Shown here: positions 7,685-16,814 of the stretch, piece by piece
How the letters are laid out: each line of letters starts with the position of its first letter
How positions within the stretch are numbered: the first letter of the stretch is position 1
Origin: a virus
DNA: 34,141 bases
Strand: one strand, 5' to 3'
UHGV virus genome: UHGV-0461192
Position numbers and translations under genes: made by a program
Notes under the pieces: model-generated
Seen by the model: the letters and a program-made list of their open reading frames with translations, nothing else
Told to the model about the DNA's origin: nothing
The model's database searches: none

Positions 7685-7909
7685 ATGTTAAGACATATTG
7701 ACCGCATTACCTGGCGTAACGGCTGGCACCTGAATGGACGCCCGGCACATGTTGCAGAGATCCGCCCCATATTCGATGGCCGCGTCGCAGCTGCACGTTC
7801 TGTATGGGAAAAGTACGAAGAAGAAAAAGCGAAACTGCGTGAGCAAAATCTCTCTGGCGCTGCCTATGAGGCTGGCTGTCGCGTTCTCTCAGAGGCTTTG
7901 GGCATATGA
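7685..7909 (+). CDS. hypothetical small protein
   Basis: 74-aa ORF preceded by the conserved element GCCTGACCAGCGT...CCGAGGAAAGACCGATG. Confidence 0.5.
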   Translation: MLRHIDRITWRNGWHLNGRPAHVAEIRPIFDGRVAAARSVWEKYEEEKAKLREQNLSGAAYEAGCRVLSEALGI

Positions 7910-8661
7910 ACATCCTCCCGTTACTTGATAGACCCATAGCCTTCCAGAGAAGTTTTATCCGTCTTGAAATGGGCGTGACTGCCGCATTGTTTCTGTCGCA
8001 GTTGACGTACTGGACAAACAGAACAACTGACGACGGCTGGGTATATAAAACCCAGGATGAGTGGGAAGAGGAAACAGGGCTTTCACGATACGAGCAGGAG
8101 GGCGCGCGCAAAAAACTACGTGGTCTCGGCGTCTTGCTGGAACGTAAACAGGGCTTGCCTGCCAGGCTGTACTACAAAATCGATAATGATGTGTTGTGCC
8201 AGCTACTTACGTCCGCATACAAGGATGCGGAAAAACCACATACAGGTGAGGGGAAAACCACCAGGCCTGTACGTGGAAAACCAACAAACATTCTTACAGA
8301 GAATACTACAGAGATTATTACTGATGGTGAATCGGCTGACGCCGACACCCAACAACCTGCCGACCAGAGAATAAATTATCAGGTGATACTCGATACCTAT
8401 CACGAGATTTTGCCAGAGATGCCACCAGTGAAAATCCTCACTGACGGCAGAAAAAAACACCTTCGCACTTTCTGGAAAAAATTCAATTTCAATGAGTCCC
8501 GTTGGCGGGCCTATCTGGAATTTATCGGTGGCAATTGTCGCTGGATGCTGGAGGACAGGCCAAATGGCAGGGGAGGATTCTGGCGGCGTAAAAATCTTGA
8601 TTATCTGATTACCGAACGCTGCTATGTTTCGGTCAAGGAAGAACGCGCAAATGATAAATAA
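7906..8661 (+). CDS. phage replication initiation protein (O-like / replisome organiser)
   Basis: 251-aa ORF with N-terminal winged-helix-like region; positioned directly upstream of, and overlapping, the DnaB-like helicase gene as in P22 genes 18 and 12. Confidence 0.65.
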   Translation: MNILPLLDRPIAFQRSFIRLEMGVTAALFLSQLTYWTNRTTDDGWVYKTQDEWEEETGLSRYEQEGARKKLRGLGVLLERKQGLPARLYYKIDNDVLCQLLTSAYKDAEKPHTGEGKTTRPVRGKPTNILTENTTEIITDGESADADTQQPADQRINYQVILDTYHEILPEMPPVKILTDGRKKHLRTFWKKFNFNESRWRAYLEFIGGNCRWMLEDRPNGRGGFWRRKNLDYLITERCYVSVKEERANDK

Positions 8662-10066
8662 CGCGATTGCACTGTACAGCGTTGACGCAGAACAGGCTGT
8701 TCTGGGCTGTCTGATGCTGAATACCGACCACGACAGAACCAATGCGGTATTTGCGTTACTGAAACCGGAAACGTTTTATATCAATGCGCATCAGGTTATC
8801 TACCGGGAGATCAAAGGATTATTTCAAGCTGATAAACCAACTGACCTGATAACACTGACCGAACTGATGGAATCGAAGGGGCTGTATGAGCGCGTGGGGG
8901 GATTCGCATACCTGGCTGAAATGAGTAAGGCGGCGATTCCGGCCTCAATGGTCAACTACGCGAAAATTGTACGTGAAAAAGCCATTCTTCGTTATGCCGT
9001 GGAAAAGTTGAATTCTTGTCTGGAGATTATGATCCAGCCTGCAGATATGACTGCTACTGACAGGATCACCGCCGTTCAGCAAGTGATTGGGCAGGTGGCC
9101 GAACATTCCCGTACCGGGCATAAGGGCGGTTTGCGTCCGGCAAGTGAAGTCGTCGATGACTGGATAGATGACCTTGAGCGCCGTTTCAATGATCCAGCAC
9201 ATGCAGCCGGACTAACGCTCGGAATCGAAAGCCTTGATCGCTTAATGGCACCAAAGCAGGCGTTAAGAGGTTCATTGGTCGTTATTGGTGCCCGGCCAAA
9301 AATGGGCAAGACAGCCGCGTTTAATAAAATTGCGGTGCATTTTGCTCTGAATCATCGTTTGCCGACGCTGGTATTTAGCCTGGAAATGACTGACAGAAGT
9401 CTCATTGAACGCATGGTTGCGCAGGAAGCAAAGGTCAATTCGGAGATTTTTTATCTTGGCCCTAACGATGAATCTGAATTGAGTCTCGCAATAGCAAAGG
9501 CGGGGGAGATTGCCGAATCCAACATGATGATTGACAGCACGGCAGGTGTAACCCTTGCGCATATTGTCGCTGAATGTCGAAAAGTTAAACGGATGCGTGG
9601 CTCGGTTGGCCTGGTGGCAATTGACTATTTGACGCTGATGAAGACCGAATCGGCAGAGCGTAGGGATATTGCGTATGGCGATATCACAACCGGTTTGAAG
9701 AACCTGGCAAAAGAGCTGGATTGTGTTGTGGTCCTGCTGACGCAACTCAACCGAAAGCTTGAAGAACGTGCCGATAAGCGGCCTAACCCGAGCGACAGTA
9801 AAGATACCGGGCAGATCGAACAAGATTGCGATGTCTGGATTGGCCTCTATCGTGATGCTGTTTATAACGAAAATGCCGACCCAAATCTCATGGAAATGTT
9901 GCTACGTCTGAACCGCGAAGGACCATCGGGAACAGCCTATGCCCTGATGAAAAATGGCTCAGTTATTGATATCAGCGATGAGGAGGTTTATCGCCTTACC
10001 AACGACCGCTCAGAAAAAAATAAACGTTATTCCCGTAGCGATAATTCTCGCACAAATGAATTTTAA
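8651..10066 (+). CDS. replicative DNA helicase, DnaB family
   Basis: Walker A GARPKMGKT, DnaB-like motifs (VVIGARPKMGKTAAFN, LVAIDYLTLM, VVVLLTQLNRKLEERADKRP); start taken at ATG 8651 (RBS AGGAAG upstream), ORF opens at 8624. Confidence 0.88.
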   Translation: MINNAIALYSVDAEQAVLGCLMLNTDHDRTNAVFALLKPETFYINAHQVIYREIKGLFQADKPTDLITLTELMESKGLYERVGGFAYLAEMSKAAIPASMVNYAKIVREKAILRYAVEKLNSCLEIMIQPADMTATDRITAVQQVIGQVAEHSRTGHKGGLRPASEVVDDWIDDLERRFNDPAHAAGLTLGIESLDRLMAPKQALRGSLVVIGARPKMGKTAAFNKIAVHFALNHRLPTLVFSLEMTDRSLIERMVAQEAKVNSEIFYLGPNDESELSLAIAKAGEIAESNMMIDSTAGVTLAHIVAECRKVKRMRGSVGLVAIDYLTLMKTESAERRDIAYGDITTGLKNLAKELDCVVVLLTQLNRKLEERADKRPNPSDSKDTGQIEQDCDVWIGLYRDAVYNENADPNLMEMLLRLNREGPSGTAYALMKNGSVIDISDEEVYRLTNDRSEKNKRYSRSDNSRTNEF

Positions 10067-10104
10067 CCACGCCTGACCAGCGTGAAATAACCGAGGAAAG
10101 ACCA

Positions 10105-10515
10105 ATGACCACCACTCCAGGCAAATTAGAGTACCCGTCGGACAAAGGACACATAGACGACGGTAAAAACTATCTCGACGTCATTTTGTGGAATATGAAC
10201 GTCGGGCCACGTGCGCGCACTCGCGCGGTTTTTGTGCCAAGACCTAAAGCAGGCAATTTTTCAACCCCTGCTAAGCCTGCCCGTCAGGCATCCGTAGCCG
10301 CAGCGCCAGCAGTGAAACGTAAGGGCAAAACGCACACCGGGATCGCGATTCGCAGAAATGGTGAGCGGCAAGTGAAACTCCACGAAACAGCGACAACCTG
10401 GTGTGCCTCACCGCATGAAACTTACGACAAGATAACCGGGCAGCGCATTGGCGCGCCTGGTCGCTGCCGCCTGCTGCTGAGTTCCATCACTCCGATAGCA
10501 AAGAAAGGGGCGTGA
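10105..10515 (+). CDS. hypothetical protein
   Basis: 136-aa ORF preceded by the same conserved element GCCTGACCAGCGT...CCGAGGAAAGACCAATG. Confidence 0.5.
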   Translation: MTTTPGKLEYPSDKGHIDDGKNYLDVILWNMNVGPRARTRAVFVPRPKAGNFSTPAKPARQASVAAAPAVKRKGKTHTGIAIRRNGERQVKLHETATTWCASPHETYDKITGQRIGAPGRCRLLLSSITPIAKKGA

Positions 10516-10516
10516 T

Positions 10517-10753
10517 ATGGCCGGGCAATCAGATTACCTGCCGCCCGGCTTACCACACAACCGCGCCAAATGGCCCCAGGAATACCAGCTTAAAGAGCAC
10601 TACGACATGCGAGCGGCGGCGCTGATCCGCCAACTCTTTGAGAAACGTATTCCGAGGGGAAGCGTGATTGAGCAAATCGGAATGACGCCAGATACGTACC
10701 GGGAATTTTTCAGAGAGCGTCTGAACTACTGGAGAGGGGTGATGGAACAATGA
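10517..10753 (+). CDS. hypothetical small protein
   Basis: 78-aa ORF tightly packed in the rightward operon (start 2 nt after the previous stop). Confidence 0.5.
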   Translation: MAGQSDYLPPGLPHNRAKWPQEYQLKEHYDMRAAALIRQLFEKRIPRGSVIEQIGMTPDTYREFFRERLNYWRGVMEQ

Positions 10754-11061
10754 AATACAAACGGTGGGTGCGTGCGGAAGTCGTAATCATCAAACAATGT
10801 GCGGGCAGCATGACAGTTGAACGTATAGGGCAGCTTATTGGCAGAACCGGTGCAGCGGTACGCACAAAAGCGCGCGAGCTGAAAATCTGTATGTATCTGC
10901 GGGGTAATTATCACCAGTCAGTGAAATACCTCCAGGAAGATATCGAGCTGGCAAGGGAATTACATCAGTCGGGTATTAATCGCCAGGATATCGCAGAAAA
11001 ACTCGAAATGCCGATCGGAGCGGTGAATCAGTTTGTTTATTTTGAGCGGAGAATTTCATGA
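10750..11061 (+). CDS. hypothetical protein, possible DNA-binding protein
   Basis: 103-aa ORF overlapping neighbours by 4 nt; two HTH-like segments. Confidence 0.5.
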   Translation: MKYKRWVRAEVVIIKQCAGSMTVERIGQLIGRTGAAVRTKARELKICMYLRGNYHQSVKYLQEDIELARELHQSGINRQDIAEKLEMPIGAVNQFVYFERRIS

Positions 11062-11282
11062 AAGAACTTTTTCTTGCATTTGTGCCCCGGTTTATTAATG
11101 ACCAGATCGCACTGACTGATAATGGTGAACAATATGAAATTGCCTGCAGCATGGTGGATGTGAATCCTGGCGAACGGTATGACGCGATGTGTGACCTGAA
11201 AATATTTACCTGGCTGGGTTGGGCTATTCCGTGTGGAGAACCAACCAATATTCGTCCGTTTGAGAGCAGGGAGGCTGTATGA
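11058..11282 (+). CDS. hypothetical small protein
   Basis: 74-aa ORF with 4-nt overlap to the upstream gene. Confidence 0.45.
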   Translation: MKELFLAFVPRFINDQIALTDNGEQYEIACSMVDVNPGERYDAMCDLKIFTWLGWAIPCGEPTNIRPFESREAV

Positions 11283-11469
11283 GTGAATTGAAAATACGTC
11301 GCAAGGCAATAGCACGCGTTAAAAATCTATTACCAGTGCCTGTCAAATATCGTTTTTGTGGTGGGAATGTACGGATTGGTACGGATGTATGGTGATTGCG
11401 GAGTGACGTAAAACGAATCGTTGTGGGTGTAATATCGTCAATATCATTGGTTTCCCGGAGGGAAAGGAC

Positions 11470-11691
11470 ATGTTTGGCGATAAACTGGAGTTACCACGGA
11501 ACGGGCGGATAGTGCTCTATATTTCAGATTACAAAGTAACCCGGGCTGAGGTGTTGGAACCGGAAAAACATCTGGTCACGTTACCGGACATTATTGAGTT
11601 GTATAAGCGGGTCGGATATGTGGACTTGCATCGCGATGATGTTCCCGTTGAGTGTATGGAATGTGAACACCGGAGGTTTGAAGTTGATTGA
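11470..11691 (+). CDS. hypothetical small protein
   Basis: 73-aa ORF with GGAGGGAAAGG RBS-like sequence upstream. Confidence 0.45.
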   Translation: MFGDKLELPRNGRIVLYISDYKVTRAEVLEPEKHLVTLPDIIELYKRVGYVDLHRDDVPVECMECEHRRFEVD

Positions 11692-11933
11692 ATTGACTTA
11701 GAAAAAGTCCGGGGCTATAGTTTCCGCGCAGCCGCAAAATCGGTTGCCGGGATTGGCGTCCCGGATATCTAAGTGACGCATAGCCGCGTTAGCGGTTTTT
11801 TTATGTGTTAGGCACGGCCACATTCGCATTATGGTGGGCTGTGTGGGGGCTTCTGTGGAAGCGCCGGGTTCACTTAGCCGGTTACGCCAACCCTGCACAG
11901 CTCACCACCAGATGATTGGCGTCGCTGGTGGTG

Positions 11934-12752
11934 ATGAAAAAAACACTAAGTGAGGCCACTGCGATGACAGTCCAAATATCTGCGGAATCCCTTTCTCCGC
12001 TACATCATAACCAACTTCCCGTCATCACTACTGAATTGCTTGCCAGTTTGTATGGCACGGAAGTAAATGGTATCCAGCAAAACTTCAAGCGCAACATCGC
12101 CAGATTTGTCGTAGGAAAGCATTTTTTTAAGCTGGAAGGTAATGAATTACGCGACTTCAAAAACAGACTGACAGATAGTCAGTCAGTTGCTAAACATACC
12201 CGATCCCTCATTCTCTGGACAGAACGCGGCGCAGCTCGCCATGCCAAAATGCTGGAAACAGAACAGGCCTGGGAAGTTTTCGAAAAGCTGGAAGATTGTT
12301 ATTTTAGCCAGCGTCCAGAGAGGCGGAGTACAACTACCGATGACCGTACTCCCTTGCGTGATGCCGTTAATATACTGGTCGGCAAGAAAGGCATGATGTA
12401 TCCCGATGCCTACACCATGATTCATCAACGCTTCGCCGTCTCTCACATAGAACAACTGTCACAGACGCAAATGTTAGAGGCGATTGAATACATCCACTGC
12501 CTGCTACTCGATGAAAATCACCCAACCATTCCAGATTTTTCTTTTATCACCACTATCAAAAATGGAAAAGTGACCGGGATGCGCCATGTTGCCAAAGGCG
12601 AACATCTGATGACCTTTGACGCTTTCAAAGAGATCGCTGAGCGGGCAGGGTATCTGGTGATCCACAGCGACAATCTGCGAAGTATGACACTGGATAAATT
12701 GATGGTAATGGGGAAAAAGTCGGCTATATCCGTTGCTAATTCAGCATTTTGA
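11934..12752 (+). CDS. ORF6N-domain protein, putative antirepressor
   Basis: N-terminal LPVITTELLASLYGTEVNGIQQNFKRNIARFVVGKHFFKLEGNEL resembles the ORF6N antirepressor-type domain; ORF opens with TTG at 11916, ATG at 11934 or 11964 more likely. Confidence 0.55.
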   Translation: MKKTLSEATAMTVQISAESLSPLHHNQLPVITTELLASLYGTEVNGIQQNFKRNIARFVVGKHFFKLEGNELRDFKNRLTDSQSVAKHTRSLILWTERGAARHAKMLETEQAWEVFEKLEDCYFSQRPERRSTTTDDRTPLRDAVNILVGKKGMMYPDAYTMIHQRFAVSHIEQLSQTQMLEAIEYIHCLLLDENHPTIPDFSFITTIKNGKVTGMRHVAKGEHLMTFDAFKEIAERAGYLVIHSDNLRSMTLDKLMVMGKKSAISVANSAF

Positions 12753-12780
12753 CAGGTTGTTTGGGGCGGAAATACTCTAT

Positions 12781-12848
12781 TTGCGCTTAAAAAGGTATTT
12801 GACCACGACCAGCACGAGACCGAATACCTCTGTCAAAGTACCGCCCAT
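12781..12848. repeat. direct repeat copy A (remnant of the 3' end of a homologue of the 16200-16805 gene)
   Basis: 68 bp about 93 percent identical to 16204-16271; on the minus strand encodes MGGTLTEVFGLVLVVVKYLFKRK-stop with an in-frame stop 4 codons upstream. Confidence 0.75.
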
Positions 12849-12926
12849 ATAAAACAGTTACATATGCACTTGATGACTAAGCTGGCACCAGGTTAACACC
12901 TGGCGCCAGCTTGAAGGAGACTTCAG

Positions 12927-13850
12927 TTATTGGTTTCTGAGGAAAGCGATTCTTGAAAGGGTCATTTGCGTCTGGCAGTCGACCATTTTCTTGACTTCAG
13001 CATCTGTTCCCTGCATTGAAACTTTACCGCACATAGCATCCTTAGTTTTGATCCACTGACGCTGAGAAGGCAGCAAATCTTTTTTCTTCGCCGGGGTTAA
13101 CTTGCTCCAGACGGTACTCAAATCAGAGTCGGCATTCGCAAATGCCATTCGGGACTGATCAAGGTTGTCAGCTTTTTGCGGCTGAAGTTGTGCCTGTCTC
13201 TCTATTTGCTTCTCCGCCTCATACTTAGCCTGTTCTTGCGCCCTGAGTTGCACCTGTTGTTCCGCTTCAATTTGACTCTGTTGGGCATCCTTAGCCTGCT
13301 GGATTTTCTGCTGCTCAACGATCGGGGTGATAATGGAAAGCGATGTCAGTAAAGCGGCGCCCACTGATATCGGATTATCAGTAGAGGTTTTTACAAAAAC
13401 GTTTTTCTGATCGTCGGTCGCCTGCACGGTGTAGGTGATACGTTTTGAAAAGGCGTTTGCGTTGTTCTCCAAAAACAGGCTTTCCATTTGCTTATCGAGA
13501 TTACGATTAAAATTCTTTCTGTAAGCATCTGAAAGCTGGACGTACTCGTTCGCAGATAGAGTCATCGTCACGGTCCCTTCACAAGTTTTCATTGTGCTGC
13601 CCGTGTCACTTGATGTTGTGGAGATCTCAGAGATGGCTAGTTTGATCTTGTCCAGTGTGCTTCGTTTGGTCTGATTAGTGACATCAGGGTATTTATCGAC
13701 CTGTTCAGAGAGTCCTTCATAAGCAGATTTTTTTAATAAATCCATGAGAGCTGACTGGGTTATTTCCGAAGAACAACCGATCTCATCTTTTTTGTTATCA
13801 CAGCCTGTAAGGGCAATGGCGAGTAAGAGTACTGAGTATTTTAATCTCAT
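12927..13850 (-). CDS. lipoprotein with C-terminal DUF1311/LprI-like domain
   Basis: signal peptide plus lipobox (LLLAIALTGC); Q-rich coiled region; C-terminal QRQWIKTKDAMCG...DCQTQMTLSRIAFLRN fits the DUF1311 pattern. Confidence 0.6.
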   Translation of the reverse strand: MRLKYSVLLLAIALTGCDNKKDEIGCSSEITQSALMDLLKKSAYEGLSEQVDKYPDVTNQTKRSTLDKIKLAISEISTTSSDTGSTMKTCEGTVTMTLSANEYVQLSDAYRKNFNRNLDKQMESLFLENNANAFSKRITYTVQATDDQKNVFVKTSTDNPISVGAALLTSLSIITPIVEQQKIQQAKDAQQSQIEAEQQVQLRAQEQAKYEAEKQIERQAQLQPQKADNLDQSRMAFANADSDLSTVWSKLTPAKKKDLLPSQRQWIKTKDAMCGKVSMQGTDAEVKKMVDCQTQMTLSRIAFLRNQ

Positions 13851-15038
13851 GAATTCCCTTTAGAGTAAGGATTGGTTTTTAAGACGCGGTCTGTAATCAG
13901 TCCCGAGAGCTACAGTAAACAACGCTGAGCACTGAACGCATCACAGGTAAGGTAAAAGGTGATATCGGCAAAGGCTGTGAAACCTTTAATTCAACAGATG
14001 GGAACGGTATGCGCAGGATCCTGTAACGACGCTCCCAAAACCGGAAACCTGTAAGGCATGTTTTCGCTGCTGAACTTAATATACGAACCTGCACTATCAT
14101 GAACATATTTTATATCGTTATACCCCGAGTGATTGTGCCCGGCAATGGATAGTGTCCTGGAGGAACTATTTCTACTGTAAAAGGTAGATATTTAATTTCA
14201 GTTTTGAATTATTCCCTGCTGTTAATAACAATGGCTGTATATGGCACCGAGTAGGCATTTTTTCGCTTACTGAAGGGCAGCTGTGAGCGAGGAACAGACT
14301 TTCCCTACTTCGTTGAGAGTACACCTAGTACAATCAAGGCTAAATGATAAAAATATACAAAATATCATATTTATGATATATATAATGGCATTAATCTTAT
14401 TCTTGGATTACGTTGAAAGGGTAATATTATATTTGTGTAACATAGTTTAGATAACAATGCCGTTATGGGGGGGGGAAAGACATTTCAACATATTAGCTTT
14501 GTATCTAACGCTCATGTAGATCTCGATTTTGAACTTAAAGAACAATTATTTTTTAGAGAGCAAGGTATTTTTGGGGAACAAAAACATAAAGTAATGGAGA
14601 GAGGAGAATGTATCAAAAAATCATCGATTTAATTTAGATTGTCCGTATAGTTGGGGGTAAGTCGAATCGCTGGGCTACATGGAATATTGTGTCAAGTAAA
14701 AATATATTTCAATCTTGCAATAACCGATTGTTGAAAATAATGTCAAATCTTAATGGTGAATGGGGAGAATATAATAAACATGAGTCGATATTATGCAAAT
14801 GGATTTAAATATTTTATACCCGAAGACATAGGGTTTCGAGAGTTCGATGAGACTACTTTGAATGCTTTCGAATTTGCTGGCTAAAACATATAGGTTATAT
14901 CTTACATCTGTTTGTAATGGAGCGTAGATGCGACAAGCTACACCATAATAATCATATTATGATATATTGTTAAGTTGTTATGGCATTAAATAAAATTATG
15001 TCATTTTGTTAACCAAGCAAGAATCAAAGGACTTTTAG

Positions 15039-15737
15039 ATGGGTACGGCATTAATTTCAAGCTTTATTAGTGGTGCAATAGCTATAATCTCTATTGCTAT
15101 ATCTACTTATAATCAGAATAGAATAAACAAGCTCAATGAATCACTGGATGTAAGGAGAAAACATCAGTACTATATTGAACCGTTAATTCGCTCAGCTTCA
15201 GACTTACAAAGCCGTATTTATAATATATTAGAATTGGGGTTCATTGAAGAGTTTTATCATAATGGGAATAAGCGCCAACAAGATTATGTTATCAACAATA
15301 CTGTTTTTCTTTTTTCCCAGTTTTTTGCATGGACAGAAGCTGCCCGCATAGACATTCAATACCTTAGCCTAGAAAAAAATAAAAAAATGAGGGAGTTTAT
15401 TAGATTACAGAACAATATTAACTCATTAATCCAAACAGACGTCTTTGGTCAGTATTTTATGTTTTTCATAGGAGAGCAGAGAGCTATTGCAGAAAAGATG
15501 CTGATATCAACAGATACTGGATTTGATTGCATAGGTTACGGCAGTTTCACAAAGGAAAATTGCTTTATCAATGAGCCATTTTTTTTAGATTTAAACAATG
15601 AAGTGATAAATATGACAAGAGATATCGGAATTTATAAAGAAAGGCTAATCAGAATACAGCACGCGTTAATCGATTTAATTAATTTTCTTGATCCTGGCAT
15701 GATTCGATTTGACGGAAAAAAATATGGAAAAATATAA
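15039..15737 (+). CDS. hypothetical membrane-anchored protein (orphan, low GC)
   Basis: 232-aa ORF in a strongly AT-rich stretch; N-terminal hydrophobic helix (ALISSFISGAIAIISIAI) followed by a soluble domain; no recognisable family. Confidence 0.5.
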   Translation: MGTALISSFISGAIAIISIAISTYNQNRINKLNESLDVRRKHQYYIEPLIRSASDLQSRIYNILELGFIEEFYHNGNKRQQDYVINNTVFLFSQFFAWTEAARIDIQYLSLEKNKKMREFIRLQNNINSLIQTDVFGQYFMFFIGEQRAIAEKMLISTDTGFDCIGYGSFTKENCFINEPFFLDLNNEVINMTRDIGIYKERLIRIQHALIDLINFLDPGMIRFDGKKYGKI

Positions 15738-15921
15738 CCCAGATGATTCGTATCAAGGTAAGTTGCTATATGTATCAATTTAATTATGGTTGGGTGAAAT
15801 TTATGTTAATAGTAGCGGAGGGTTAGTTAAAATATGCTCTCAGTGATTTTTGGATAGTTCTTTTATTTATCATTGAAAGTAAATATGTATAGCTTCAAGA
15901 TTTACAAGTGAATCTGTTTAT

Positions 15922-15955
15922 TGACAGTCCGCTTATGGCACAGAGCGGACTGTCA
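15922..15955. terminator. strong hairpin between convergent genes (putative bidirectional terminator)
   Basis: perfect 11-bp stem TGACAGTCCGC / GCGGACTGTCA with 12-nt loop, A/T-rich flanks. Confidence 0.45.
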
Positions 15956-16199
15956 TATTAAATTTGGCTCCACGCCATAGATGTGTCAGCTCATATCTTA
16001 TCTAATACACACAATAACTTTCTCATTCTTGGAGAATTATTTTTTTAAGGGTAGGTGTTGACGTTAGAGCAAAAGAATGGTGATTTTTTTGATGTGTATT
16101 ACGTTGGAACTGATGGGAATAACTATCTGTTTTCAACGCACTGCTAATTTATCAAGGCCCTTTGATCAGGGCCTTCGAAAGACTGTTGGACCGAGAGAG

Positions 16200-16805
16200 T
16201 TACTTGCGTTTAAAAAGGTATTTTGTCACGACCAGCACGAGGCCGAATACCTCTGTCAAAGTACCGCCCATGTACAACTGTAGTGTTAAATCCTCAAATT
16301 CCAGCTTACCTGCGCCGTCGGCAATAAATACACCATTCATTATCAGAAGTTGGAAAGCAAGGATAATCAGGAACCATTTCCCGTATCGTTTTTTTAGAGC
16401 GATTTCTGCTTCAAAATCTTTGTTGTTGAGTTGTTTGCGCTCATGCTCGGTATCAAGTGAATTCACCTGTTTCACAGATGTGAACTCGGTCAAGATTTTA
16501 CTCTCAGTACGGGTGACTTGTTGAGAGGGTGTAGCAGTTGGAATTCTTTTGCTAGACGCAGCTACAGCCATTTTGCGAGCTTCGGCAGCTCTTTTTCTGG
16601 CTATTCCGCGAATACGGACAGCCGTTTTTTTGGGGGCGTGCGAAACCTTTGGCTGAGGTGAAGCTTCGTCAGGAGACTGAACCGGAGTTTCATCGTCCTC
16701 CGGCTCAACCTCTTCTGCTAACTGACGGTGTAGGTTGAGGGAATCCTTCAGTCTGCGTGCTACTTCCTGTTTGAAACGGCTGTTAAAATCGTCATCCGAT
16801 GGCAT
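16200..16805 (-). CDS. hypothetical protein with charged N-terminal region and C-terminal transmembrane helices
   Basis: 201-aa ORF directly downstream of (4 aa gap) the ImmA-like gene; C-terminal hydrophobic segments (WFLIILAFQLLIMNGVFIA, VFGLVLVVTKYLF). Confidence 0.55.
   Translation of the reverse strand: MPSDDDFNSRFKQEVARRLKDSLNLHRQLAEEVEPEDDETPVQSPDEASPQPKVSHAPKKTAVRIRGIARKRAAEARKMAVAASSKRIPTATPSQQVTRTESKILTEFTSVKQVNSLDTEHERKQLNNKDFEAEIALKKRYGKWFLIILAFQLLIMNGVFIADGAGKLEFEDLTLQLYMGGTLTEVFGLVLVVTKYLFKRK
16204..16271. repeat. direct repeat copy B (3' end of the 16200-16805 gene)
   Basis: matches 12781-12848 with 5 mismatches in 68 bp. Confidence 0.75.
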
Positions 16806-16814
16806 TTTAAAGCG

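Noticed and set aside
11279-11395. 38-aa ORF (MSELKIRRKAIARVKNLL...) with ATGA overlap to the preceding gene
   Set aside because: Plausible by translational coupling but too short to support on sequence alone; left unannotated.
11698-11898. Minus-strand 66-aa ORF in the intergenic region upstream of the antirepressor-like gene
   Set aside because: Lies in a GC-rich hairpin-rich non-coding segment, no RBS, implausible composition.
11700-11930. Looked for a LexA box upstream of the ORF6N antirepressor-like gene
   Set aside because: No CTGT-N8-ACAG match found; the only convincing LexA box in the window is at 18934-18949.
13897-14106. 69-aa minus-strand ORF in the AT-rich cargo region
   Set aside because: No RBS, hydrophobic low-complexity translation, embedded in AT-rich sequence where random ORFs are frequent.
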